Assembly: GCA_965649765.1 (NCBI GenBank)
Contig: OZ287750.1
Coordinates: 63,054,001 to 63,118,000 of the forward strand
Source: Bispira polyomma
Lineage: Eukaryota
DNA: 64,000 nt
Direction of reading: 5' to 3'
Shown here: piece by piece, positions 25,800-38,400 of the stretch
Position numbering within the stretch: the stretch's first letter is position 1
Layout: the number at the start of each line of letters is the position of its first letter
The notes under the pieces: generated by a model
Databases searched by the model: none
What the model was told of the DNA's origin: nothing
The model's input: only the letters and a program-made list of their open reading frames with translations
Position numbers and translations under genes: made by a program

Positions 25800-26507
25800 A
25801 TAATTACATCATTACTAAATATAGAAATCTTCAAATTTTTTTGTAAATATTTTGATTTGTTTGTCATTTTGAGTTATCTAAAATATGTCTAAAACTCTTT
25901 GCCCTTGTTCGGTTATATAAAAATATAAACAATATTCTCCACAAAGTGAACTTAAATTGCTTTGAAGACGGAATGTATTTTTATAATATTCTTTTTGATG
26001 TCTAAATAAGAAACTTTCGAAACTGGTCTGAGCTTTTTTTGCAGAATTAAAATATTCTGCCTTATCTTTAGTGCAAACACAGCTACCCAATGTTCCTCCT
26101 TATGAGGATATGGTTGGATGTTGAGAATTACAACCTTGAGTAAATACAAGAATTTGTATGGCAGTTCATTAGCTGTTTGGTTATATAAAAAATATAAACA
26201 ATATTCCCCACAAAGTGAACTTAAATTGCTTTGAAGACGGAATGTATTTTTATAATATTCTTTTTTATGTCCAAATAAGAAACTTTCGAAAATGGTCTGA
26301 GCTTTTTTTTGGCAGAATCAAAATATTCTGCCTTATTTTTAGTAGTACCCAATGTTCCCCCTTATGAGGATATGGTTGGATATTAGATACAACCTTGGGT
26401 AAATACAAGAATTTGTATGGCAGTTCATTAGCTGCAAACACACCCCCATAACATTTTTTAATAGAAGGATCTGTAAGTATAATCTTCAGTATTTCACTTG
26501 TAGTCAT
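25800..26507 (-). pseudogene. Adenain-type cysteine protease (Maverick/Polinton PRO), frameshifted and internally duplicated
   Basis: MTTSEILKII..YGGVFAANELP..NIQPYPHKGEHWV..AEYFNS..RLQSNLSSLCGEYCLYF carries the His, oxyanion Gln and catalytic Cys motifs. About 260-bp tandem duplication at 25911-26175 and 26178-26434. Confidence 0.85.
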
Positions 26508-28299
26508 GATTCTATTACGTGGGATTCATCTGTGGTGAAAATAGGAGGGAATTTTGCATATAATATAGCATAACGCTCTCACTCAATTCTTTGGCTAAGT
26601 CTACTGTTATTCTAGTATAACCCTTTTTTAACTTGCCTTTAAATATTTCTAAAAGATCAGCCAGAAATGGCTATTTTTATTGCAAGGTGTCTTTTCTTCA
26701 AAATATGAAATTAGGGTTACTATGTTAAATTTTTAACTCTAACTTCATATTTAAAAGTAATGTACACCTTACTCCATATATTAACCCCAATCGCCAATTT
26801 GCGAGTCCGTTGATGTATTTATTCCATAATTTTGCAATCTATCAAATATTGTTTTAGGAGTTTTGAAAAAAAAAAACACCTGGAAAAGTATATTTTGTCC
26901 TATTGTAGCATACAGATACATTCCTCTTCACTTAAACGGTTCTTTTCTTCAAAATATGAAATTAGGGTTAGTATGATAAATTTTTAACTCTAACTTTATA
27001 TTTAAAAGTAATATACATCTTACTCCATATATTAACTCCACAGTGTCCTATCAAGAGAAGTTGAACTATGATGTAACACAGGTAAGTAAAAAGGCAGAGT
27101 TGGGGATATTAGTTTAATGTCTCTATGTTATATCTAATATTTATTTACACACTGAGTTTAAGGCCACCTTAACACGAGGAAAGTTTATAAAGTTTGAGAG
27201 TTAAGGTGACCTTAGCCTGAAAGTTTCCAGGTTAAGGTGGAGAAGAATTTTGAGTTTAGGGTAACCCTAGCTTGAGGTTAGGGTTACCTAAAATTAAGTT
27301 TAAGTTAATGAATTTAAGGTTAGCCCTAACATAAAGTTAGGGTTAGATTTGAATTTATGAGGTAACTTTATGTTTGCTTTAAGGTTGCCAAAGGAAATAT
27401 ATTAACTGTATATAAAAGATTTAAGATTAAATAAGGCGTTAAGGTAGCCCAAAAGATTTATATTTAACATTTAAGTATATATTAAAAATGTAAAAGTATG
27501 TAAATAAAGCCCCAAAAAAGGGTAAAATCGAAGTTAAGACCATGGTGACTAGCTAAAATACTAAAAGCGCTCACAATAAAGTCCAAGAGTCGCTAACAAA
27601 TTACATCTTACACCCCTAGCACATACAATAACCATGATCTGAGGAAAACATGCATACAGACATAAAAATGTAAATCGAGTTGCTGTTGCTTTTCAGGAGT
27701 GAGTCCGTGCTGTGCAGAGAAGAGAGTTGCTTGACCACAACGGCTGAGCCATGTGTCCCATGCTCCTGAAACAACATACTCAAGGTTGAACACTTGTTAA
27801 TGGTTACATGACATGCAATTGCATGATATTTATAATATATACTTGACACTACACTAGCTACACTAAGGTTGCGCATTACACACATTAGATGAATTGACAA
27901 CATTAATTTATATTACATTATACTTCTACTATTTAAATACACCAGCATCTGGTGATAGCGCGTCAAGCCTGCAAATGCCTGCTATCCACATACATAAATT
28001 CATATACTATTATTATAACGCTTCACGCTCTTACGTGGCAAGAGAGAACAACATTGTGAAAGTACATTTAATGTAATACACACATAAGGGGATTCAACCC
28101 TGAAAACAATAAAGTAAAGTACAATTGTTGAAAACTGAGGCGTCGCAATCTCAGTAGCAATCAGGTACCTAAAAGAAAGAGTGGCCCCATAGAGGCCCTG
28201 GTGTTATCCAGATTAGAAGGGAGACAGGTCACCTGGGGACCCAGAAGACGCCCAAGGACCAGGAACTATGAAAGCCAGCAGTAATGCATAACTCAGGAC

Positions 28300-29616
28300 C
28301 CATATTAAGAATAATAATACAGATGTTTATGTAATGTTCTTAGATGCTAGTAAGGCATTCGACAGAGTTGAATATGTAAAGCTCTTTTCTATTCTGTTTA
28401 ATAGGGGGTTATGCCCACTTGTCTGCAGATTACTAGCTGCAATGTACACCAATCAATCTCTCTGTATTAAATGGGGTTCTTGTGTTTCGCAATCACTTAA
28501 GGTTCATAATGGTGTAAAACAGGGTGGGATTTTGTCACCAATATTATTCACCATCTATGTTGATGAGATGTTCTTAAAACTTAAGAGGTGTGGCTTTGGT
28601 TGTTACATTGGAAATGTTATTCTAGGAGCTATTGGATATGCTGATGATGCCGTTATTGTTTCTCCTACTATGTACTCTCTGAAACATATGTTGGAAATAT
28701 GTGATACATTTGGTGATGAATTTAATGTTCTTTTCAATCCCAGTAAATATCAACTACTCCATTTTTCAAATGGGAACACTATAGACAATCTAAGGCATGA
28801 TAATAAAGTTATACCATGTCAGCCCAGTGCAGTACATTTAGGTCACATTATTGGCCCTGACTGTAATAATAGAGCAGTGGAAGAAGCCATTAACAATTTC
28901 ATGGTATCCTTCAATGGCATAATATCAACTTTTTCTTTTGCTCGTGTAAATGTGAAGTACAAACTATTTAAAAGTTTTTGCATGTGCCTTTATGGCTGTG
29001 AGTTTTGGGATATAAGTTCTTCCATGATGTCTAAATTTTATGTCACCTGGCGTAAATGTATACGTAAACTGTTTAATCTCTCATATAGAACACATAGAAA
29101 ATATATACCCCTAATATGTGATGATATTCCTGTTGATATACAATTGTTTAAATGTTTTAATAAATTTGTAGCATGTGCAATAGATAGTAGAAATATATGT
29201 GTACAGATGGCCATTAAGTTGGCAGTCAACGGTAGTTGCTCAAACGTTTGCAGTAATATTAATGCAGTTTCCCAACTACTGCATTCTAACCGAAAAACAG
29301 TGCTATCACATATATCAGTCTTCAGTAGTGTTTTACAAAATTATGTGTCAAATCTATATAGTGAGCCAGAAAAGATGGCAGTTGCAAATATTAAAGATCT
29401 ACTTTACATCAGGGATATGAAAACATCGCAGTTCACTCGAGAGGAGTTGAACAATTTATTAGAATTTTTCTGTACATATTAAAAGTGTTGTCAATTTTGT
29501 TGTAAAATTTCTGTTTGTGGCTCTTTTTTTTTGTTTCTTTTTTTTTCTTTTGGTTTTGTTAACATTCTGTAATATATGTATTTGTATACTTAGAGTATGA
29601 ATAAATAAATAAATAA
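28300..29616 (+). mobile_element. 5'-truncated non-LTR retrotransposon (Proto2/RTEX-like RT), 382-aa open frame 28334-29482
   Basis: FLDASKAFDRVEY, NGVKQGGILSPILFTIYVD and GYADD motifs; (AATA)n tail at about 29600-29616. Clade assignment is tentative. Confidence 0.88.
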
Positions 29617-31760
29617 CCCCCAGCCCCCACCCCCCCTGCGCCAAGGTGTAAAGGGAGACTTAAGGGATTCTAGGGACAGCAGCAAGCGCTCCAACGGACG
29701 TACGAATAGCTGAAAACTGCAGAGGAAGTAGTAGGGGAAGAGGGTGGGAAAAAGTGAAATATTTAAGATGGCGTTGTTGCCGGTTTGACTTCAATGTAAA
29801 AAGTGATAGATCTGCAGAAACGGCGGGAAAGCTGGGGTCATTAGGTACAAGCTAGCGAATTATAAGAGAGGTTAAAGGTTATGACCCCAGGGAGGTAAGT
29901 TAAGGAAAATACTGGTAGCACTGAAATAACCATCCTCTGCGGGAGATTTATATTTAACATTTAAGTATATATTAATAATGTAAAAGTATGTAAATAAAGC
30001 CCCAAAGCCCAATTAGGAGGTAGTAGGTTTAGAAAGTAGGGCCTTGAAGGAGAGGGCCACCTGCTCAGAGGCATTGTGGTCCTGAACGATATACTTCCAA
30101 ACACAGTCCGACGTCCAGGTGCCATGATTATGTATGTCTTGAATTGGTACGTTACTATTAAAAGCCAGGGTGGCACCTGAACGACGGAAGGTTTGGAAGG
30201 ATATAAGAGATTGTTGGAGACCCAATCGGGTGAGTATTAAGGTAAGGTTTTTTCTGACCTGGGTATCAATCATGGGATACCATTTCTGATCTTTTTGGAT
30301 TTGAAAGAGAGGGGAGTTTTTATGCCCCGGTGTAATTGCTATTAAGATCCTAGTGGCTGCCATTGGACACAAAGGGGACCCATTCTGGGTAGGAATTTTT
30401 AATACTTTGATAACATTTTTTGACTGAAGGGTTTTAGACCATTTAATGATAATGTGGAGGCCAGGAGAAGCGAATAGCACGTCTCCCCTGGCCAGCTGAA
30501 CTAGAGGGGAGAACTGTGCAGCAGAGTGGGGTACTAGGTTTGATATTCTGAGGAATGAGAAAAAGGGTATGAGATACAGGGCTTTAAAGATTTGTCCCAA
30601 ATACATGCTGTCACATAGTTGGATTATTTGCTGAAGAAGTGGTATATCAATGATTGCTTTAATTTTTGCCTTGAAGGGGCTATTACGGACTAAGACCTTC
30701 TGGTAATAATTAATCCTGGGATCTGAAAAAACAGTGACATCAAGGCCATATAAGGCCATTTTGGCTTTAACTGCAGAGAGATAATTTACTATAGAAGGAG
30801 TGGAAACTTGGTTGACTACTAGAACTTCTAGAAATGAAAGAATAATTGAGGGGTTAATAAGCTGAGGTCTGACCTGAGCAAAAGTGCAGAAGGCGGCTAA
30901 GAAAATCCTAAACATGTTTGTATAAGCCCTCTCAGTGGCTGGTCTGAAAGCCTGGTGAATTCTGTTTGCAGCTTGTGTGGCTATCTTTCTTAACTGAGAG
31001 GGAACATCTGTAAATTAAATAGACCAGTCTATTTCTAGCATGTGAGGCTTAATTTGTGCCCACTTTGGATTAGGTAGTATTTCTGATAATTTTTTATCAC
31101 TATCTACTGTAAGGTGCCATCTCGACAAGAGGTCAGCCACTGTATTCAGTCTGCCCAATATGTGTATAGTTTTGAGACTAATGTCAACCGAGGCCACTTC
31201 CATAAACATATTACGGGCAATTGCTGCCAGGGTCAAGTCTTTGGTCTTTCCTGAATTTAAAATGGTGACCACTGCTGCATTGTCACACTGCAGTATTAAA
31301 CATTTGCCCCGCCAGGTTGATTTCCAGAGTCTGATGGCCACCAAAATGTTAAGCATCTCTAAATCTACTATTGTCATATTAAGGTAACCCAAGGGAATCT
31401 GAAATTCATACACGTCGTTGTTGCAACGACCCCCTGTAGGCAGGCATCCAATTGTATACAATCAGTGTTTGGATTATGTTCAAAAAAGGCCTTACCATTG
31501 AATTTAGGCAAAAATTGCTTAAACCAGTTTACATCCTGGTGGAACTCGGGGGTAAGCTTGACTTTTTGATTTGCTCCTGCAGACCTCAGCACGTCAAGCA
31601 TGCGATTGAGAAATACCCGTGAAACCCTCACACATTTGGAAATGTATAGCAGTTTGCCTAGAAGGGATTGGAGTTATCGCTTTGTGCAGGTATTTTTATG
31701 ATGCCATTCTTTAACTAGAACATTGATTTCGGTAAGTTTTTCGTCAGGTAAAGAGACTCA
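29617..31760 (-). mobile_element. Ngaro-like tyrosine-recombinase retrotransposon (RT C-terminus, RNase H, YR)
   Basis: RT end LQSLLGKLLYISKCV..RVFLNRML; RNase H LDACLQG, IVDLEMLNILVAIRLW, CDNAAVV, NTVADLLSR; YR ORF at 30013-30915. A 60-bp direct repeat at 29946-30005 and 27457-27516 suggests split direct repeats. Confidence 0.88.
30013..30915 (-). CDS. Tyrosine recombinase of the Ngaro-like element
   Basis: 300-aa ORF with SIVNYLSAVK, FFSFLRISNL (Arg), IKWSKT (Lys), SFQTFRRSGAT (His appears as Gln) and HGTWTSDCVWKY (Trp, Tyr). Confidence 0.85.
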   Translation of the reverse strand: MFRIFLAAFCTFAQVRPQLINPSIILSFLEVLVVNQVSTPSIVNYLSAVKAKMALYGLDVTVFSDPRINYYQKVLVRNSPFKAKIKAIIDIPLLQQIIQLCDSMYLGQIFKALYLIPFFSFLRISNLVPHSAAQFSPLVQLARGDVLFASPGLHIIIKWSKTLQSKNVIKVLKIPTQNGSPLCPMAATRILIAITPGHKNSPLFQIQKDQKWYPMIDTQVRKNLTLILTRLGLQQSLISFQTFRRSGATLAFNSNVPIQDIHNHGTWTSDCVWKYIVQDHNASEQVALSFKALLSKPTTS

Positions 31761-32649
31761 ACCATACCATATCGTATTAACAGTTTTAGCTTGGATACTT
31801 TGTGAGACTACATGTGTGTCAGTACATTGTGTTTTGTCAGGGATATCACTGGCCCAGCTACTAACAGTTGGACCGTTGTCCTCTAGAGGTGTGAACTTGT
31901 TAGAAGTGGTAATCACCCATTGTGGATTATTGACATAGCGAGTGTTGTTTTTTAGGTTTGTGACACTAGTGGTTTGTGGATGAGGCCAGGGTTTTTAAAT
32001 CTGAGTTGTTGACACAGCTGTTGGCTTTAGTGTGCAACTTTGCACCGAGGTCATGACATGCAATACCTGGAACTTTGTTTTTATACACATACGACCCCAC
32101 CTGGGGCGACTGACTATCACTGTACGTTTTAACAACTTTTATTCTTTTAAGGATTTTTATTCTTAACAGCACAACTGGAGAGACACGAGCTTTTGAGTAC
32201 ATACTTTTGAGTATGACTTGTTTTGACATTTAGCCCAATCTGTCCTCCAGCAAGCACTGCCATACAAAACCTGACTACTGTTATATACCACTACAATATT
32301 TTCTATCACTACATTATTACAAAATAATGTTGTGACACCACATTAACAATGCATACTGCTTGGGTTTTATTATATAATAAACAACTGGTTCAAGCTATGT
32401 ATGCTTGGTATAAGTAACTTGTACATTTGGCAAGGTGACTATAAATAACTTTCCAACTTTGTATGTATAAGAGTACATTTTTGCTTAATCATTAAAAACT
32501 AAAGAGAACAGACGTCGGTAATAACTTATCAGCCTTAAATTATGATACAGCAGCTTTGTAATTTATTCATAGAGAACGGGAATAGGCAGCCATTATAGGC
32601 TCATTTAATAACATTCCACACACTCAATGTCATGCATCTCTGTTGGTGA

Positions 32650-34120
32650 CAAAACCGACAGATATTAGTAAGATTTAGTTTTGCCCTCTTCTCTGGTGAT
32701 CAGAGTTTGGTTAATTATAACACCCCAAGAGAAATTTATGGAAGCAACCATATGGAGCTTACGTTGTCAACATTAGATTGTGTGATTCGGGATATTCTAA
32801 ACTGTAAAGGACAATCTAAACTTTAGAAAATAGATATGTCAAGAGCGTTCCGGAATATACGAGTGGAATTGGGCATCAGTCATAATGGCAAGTACGTGTC
32901 TGGAACTATATTGATGATTTCTTTGTATGCAGTGACTAAAGGATGCACACAAGCAAGTTTATAGAATTTTGTGTGACGATTCCACAAAGATTTGTTAAAC
33001 TTAATGACATTATAACATGCCTGATAATTGAAATATAGGCCCACACTCAGACACTAAGTATCACTGCACAGAAATTAGCCGAAGTAATACAATTCTAAAG
33101 GGTTTGTTGGGGAGCATTTTGCTTCCAAGGGAAACCTACAATCACTCGCCATGTTGCGGGTCGCTGAATCCTCATACAAACATTTAACAAATACTTTTCA
33201 GCGTGAATTGGTTTATGTGCCTGGCTGTGCATTAGAATGGTTTCACACAATGAATGTCATATTTTTAAAGACACCTCTTTGCACAGCCTAAGGGCACATC
33301 ATTTAGGGGAAGCATACGTTGAACTTATTTCTAAGATTTTAAAGAAATGCAGATCCATAGTGCACTTCAAAAACATGTCCTCTGATCAATCAAATGTTGG
33401 TTAAACAACATTTTAAAGACACCTCTTTGCACAGCCTAAGGGCACATCATTTCGGGGAAGCATACGTTGAACTTATGCCTAAGATTCTAAGGGAATGCAG
33501 ATCCATAGTGCACTTCGAAAACATGTCCTCTGATCAATCAAATGCTGGTCAAACAACATAGTTGGTAACAATGTCATTATTCACGCAGATAACATTTCAG
33601 TTGTCCAAAACCTCAACACTTACAAGACAAACCACAGTTTCTTGGGGCTTTGCTTACGGAACATATTCATGGAAATTCATGATGCCCACATGAAAGCATA
33701 CCATATGGCAAAAAGAATCGTAGATGCATTGTTAAGGAATTATGAAGATCAACATCTTTATAATAAACATCTACAAGACATTAACAACCTTAGAGGTGTG
33801 AGGTTAAAACACAATTCAATATCGATTGACCATCTGTTGTAGGTGCTGCAGGAGCAAGACTGTTAGCAATTGGAGTAATGGCACGATTACGGGGAGCTTT
33901 TGAGAAAGCAAACACACAATTTACAAAACAACTTTATTTATATATAAACTTTTGTACAAGCCATGGTATTGAGGACATCACCCGTGTATCTTCTTTGTTA
34001 GCATTTATGGAGTTATTGACCAAAACAGGCCTTTCTGCTGCCACTGTGGCCAACTACGTTTCTGCACTGAAACAAGCCATAAGGGACAGGCGCATCAAAA
34101 CTGACCAGGTTGACTAGCCC
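32650..34120 (+). mobile_element. Older, heavily degraded Ngaro/DIRS-group element (RT, RNase H, YR N-terminus)
   Basis: KIDMSRAFRNIRV, NYIDDFF, IIHADNISVV..LGLCLRNIFM and SLLAFMELLTKTGLSAATVANYVSALK. Internal duplication of about 150 bp (33262-33560). Confidence 0.78.
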
Positions 34121-35489
34121 TAGCCCGGCTCTCAACAGGAACCCATATGGATATCACAGTTCACTGCTACACTTTAGTGCCCAAATCTGCTCATCTGTGA
34201 GCAGGGGTTAGATTTCCCTTATCTCCCTCCTAAGTAATAAACCTGGCCATAAGTGGTCGTAAAACAACATCGACTCACTCTCCTGTGGTGGATCTGCTGA
34301 TAAAGTCTAAACATGTAATACTGTGTGTATATCCCTTCATATCCAGTCGTATACAGTACAGTACACATGTTATAACATACACCATGTGAAAAAAAGTGTT
34401 TTATATAAAATGAATTGTAATTTTAGTATGTATCTTATTAGTAAGTGATTAACACTGAAGATTGTTTCATCAACAAAACAGTTGCATTTAAATTTTTACT
34501 TTATATTACTTATACTCAATTTAATGGACAATTGGTTACCAGAATGAAAGAAAATAAACTGTTCTTGTGTAGCATGAAGTTAATTTTGTGCATCTTGACA
34601 CTGAGGCCGTGACCTTAACATAAAAACACTTTTCAAAAGTTCATGCACCACCTTATTTGAAACTGCTTCTTGAACAAGTTGTGCAGGTGAAAAAAAGAGG
34701 GGTGGGGATGGGTGGGCCCGTCGTCCTTATCACAAAATCAAAAGGAGGGGCATGTCAATTGGGGGGATGACAGGATGCAGTATATCCATATTCATAATTT
34801 TCCACTATTTCTTGATGTATAGTTTTCTATATTTTATTTAACAAAGGTCATAGGTTGATTATGTATGAAAAATACATTTTTAAAACAGTTGTCACAGTAA
34901 CAATTTTAATTGGATCTTGGCTGGGCTTAAATAGGTAAAAACTTTTAAAAACCTTATCTATAACTTTGTTGAGTCTTCGATTTAGTCGAGGCGAGTGTGT
35001 TGCCACTACACTACTGAGGCCCGCATTTTGAGCCCTACAGATATTCTAGCAATTAGAATTTAAATATTAATTCTTGCAAAGAGACACAAAATAATTGAAA
35101 ACATTAGCAACTAACCTTTATGATCAGCGGCGTACAGAGAGGGGGACAGCGATTCGCGAGGTACAGCATTTTGCGGTAAATAACGTTTTTACACCAAATC
35201 ACTCTAAAACATTCAATTCTAAAGACAAGTAACACCAAATTATATATATATAGCATAAACATACCTACAATACAAATATACCCTTTAATTAAGATGAAAT
35301 CGCTGAACAGAAGTTCCAGAAAACAATGTGCTTGATGTATGATGTCTACTGTGGTCACATGACACATCCAGTCAAAACAATTCAAAACACTTCCGTATAG
35401 AAACTGTCAAAATACTTAGTGCAGAATATTATTTTAATTATACAAAAGTTGTAAACAAAAATATTATAGTAACACAGAGTTTCTAAAGA

Positions 35490-38400
35490 ATGGCAAAGAC
35501 ATCGAAGGTATAACTTTATTTTTAGATTGTTTTTGTTTTAATAAAATTCTTTTATTTTTTAATTTACTTTTTTTTAAGTTCCAAGAAAAAAAACTGCTTG
35601 TTTACCCTCTATAATTCTGATTTAGCCTGGTAACCGCAATTTTTAATATAAAATAACCCGGTGTTTAAGTGATCTGGAATTGTTTTATAACACAGAATAA
35701 TAATTTTAAACAACTAAATGTGATAAAACAGAAACTTAAAACTAATTTTGTGCTTGGCTGTCTTCCTGTAGTATGAAATATTGTCATAAGATTTAGAACA
35801 ACCCTCTTTCAAAATTTCAGAAACCGAAAGGGAAATATAAAAAGTACCCCAGAGATGACCTGGTTAATGAAGTCAAAAAAGTTGCTTCAGGGTACAAACT
35901 GAGCAAGGTTTCCAAAACCTATAACCTGCCAAGCTCCACACTTCGTGATTACAGAAAGAAACTATCAAATTTAGACAGTACATCTCCTCATAATAAATTT
36001 TTAACTGTTGAAGAACAGTCACTCTGTAGTTACATAGGGTGGATGGCTGAGCATAACTTTGCTATTACCAGAATTTTGTTGAAATCAATGGTCAATGAAA
36101 TTTTAGAGCGTAAGGGAATCAAAGTGACACCATCAAAGAAATTGTATCAACTATTTATTAAAAAGAATGGTCTTTTGTACAAAGTTCCAAAACAAGTAGA
36201 TCCCGGACATTTAAGAGCAGCTAATGGGGAAAAGATAGGTGCATACTTTGATATGTTACAGTCAACCATTGATCAGTTCAATCTAAATGACCATCCAGAA
36301 CTGATCTTCAATGTCGATGAGACAGGGTTTAGTAAAGAATTGAACACCCAAACCAAAGTAATTATGCCAGTTGGTCAAAGACCAGTTACTACACAAATTT
36401 TCACAAATGATCACACAACATCAGTGCATACCATTTCAGGATCAGGCCAAGTTATATCTCCCATGGTCATTTTCAAAAGATCTATTCCATTGTCTCTTAG
36501 AAATCAGAAACCAAACAACTGGCTCTATCGAAATACCAAAACTGGTTTCATTAATACAAAGCTTTTCATGGAATGGTTTAGTGCTATTTTTGTGAAAGAA
36601 GCCCCAGCACAAAGACCTCTATCGCTCATTCTTGATGCACATAGTACTCCTGTTGGTTTTGAATTTGTTGAGTGTGCAAAAAAAGAGAACATTGAAGTCT
36701 TATCCCTGCCAAGCAAAACAAGTGACAAATTGCAACCTCTGGACCAGATTTTTAATCTTCTTAAGGGACAATTTTCAAATCTTGCACTTTCCTTAGAGTT
36801 GGTGAGAGGTGACATTTTGGTGAATCAAGCAAAATTTCCACACATACTACAGCTAGCCATGGATCAGGCGTGGACAAAGCATGCTATCAAAATGTCATTC
36901 AAAAAGAACAGGTATTATTTGTTTTGTGTATGTTATGCTAGTTATAAACAAATTTTAACACAAGACATAATTGTACTAATTTAGTAAATTGAGACACATG
37001 CATTGATATATAATATATACAATACATAACTATTCAAAACCAATTTTTATATTGGTACTAACATGATACATTTTATTTTGAAATATGAGCCCTCGATAAT
37101 TATGTTTAATACTGAACTTCTATCTTAATTTGCTAATTTGCTTAATTTGCATTATTCCATGCGACAGAAATGTCATAAAGATACCTCAACCAACATCTGC
37201 TACTGTGCAGGATAAGCAAATACCAAGGAAAGACAGCGAAGGAGGTTGTCTCATATGCAAACATTTGAGCCCTTGTCCTGATTGTTTTCAGGTCTGTGTT
37301 GTCATGAAGTAACAGTATCCCAATAGAATAGTTTGATTTAAAAATACATTTACAATTACAAATTCATGTTTTAGTTAAAATGTAGTGATAGATAAATAAA
37401 ACCAATCTTAAACACTAAACCGAACAATTACAGATATGTAACTGTATATGACATATGGTGTATATATACATTAATTCTGATTTTTCACATATTGGATGAG
37501 ATGTTGATCTTGTCAACAATCAATATTTACCAGCATATTTGCTCTTAAGTTAATTTAATGAAATATATTTTGTATAGGAATATGCTGCAAACTTAAATCC
37601 TTTGGTAAGGCAAGGTCTTGTTTCTGCTACTTTGTTTGATGTCTGTGTTCCACCGATGAATAGTTCAGGTCACACTTCTCAGCAGTCCACCTCTGTCAGT
37701 TCAACATCAACTCGTCATTTATGGAGAAAAGCTAAAATGCTGACAGGTGTCTATTACAATTATCAATTCAATTTCTTATAAATTGTACTACATATCAGTT
37801 ACATTATGTGGTTATCAACAATAAAATCATATGTTCATGTCTCCTACTGCAATTTTCTAGGCACTATGATGGCCTAGTGGTTAGAACACTTCATTTCACA
37901 ATGATAGATGTCTCACCAAAATGGGTTCTAATATTCATTCACGTGGGAAAGTTTATCACGCATTTGATTTAAGTTGGTCGTTAAGTGCTTCAAAATATTG
38001 GTTTCCTTCACTCCTCCAAACATGACTTTAGTGACATTGTCTTAGCTGTTAAAAAGTACCTTCAAACCAATCTAAATTAATGTTTACTATTTGACTACTG
38101 ATACTGTATCTTCGAAATTAATTCGCCATACTAAAAAAATTTTAAATAGAATTGTTTGTACATATATGCTGTATGCATTTCTCCATATGACACATTCATT
38201 CAGGAGAGACAAAACCCAGGCCAGGGAACTGTGGAACAAGGTAAAATTTCTGTCATGATCATACGAAGGTGTTAACAGCATATAGCTTTCTGTGAAAAAA
38301 ATAAAATCAGTCATTTTGTACCAACTTCTAATAGGGTAGAAATTCCTTGCGAAACCACACATTAAAAATTAACAAATTATTTTGACTACATCCATACATG

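Larger units (their letters stand above)
20853..27050 (-). mobile_element. Decayed Maverick/Polinton-like endogenous viral element
   Basis: Adenain-type protease, a capsid-like C-terminal remnant just upstream, a possible pPolB remnant, an IAP gene and small intronless ORFs, all on the minus strand. Left boundary starts with AGTAGT, a typical Polinton terminus. No matching right TIR found, so limits are uncertain. Confidence 0.7.

Noticed and set aside
27150-27456. True right-hand TIR of the Maverick relic
   Set aside because: Only compositional similarity to 21160-21275; I found no alignable inverted copy of 20853-21150 or ACTACT end with a TSD in the window.
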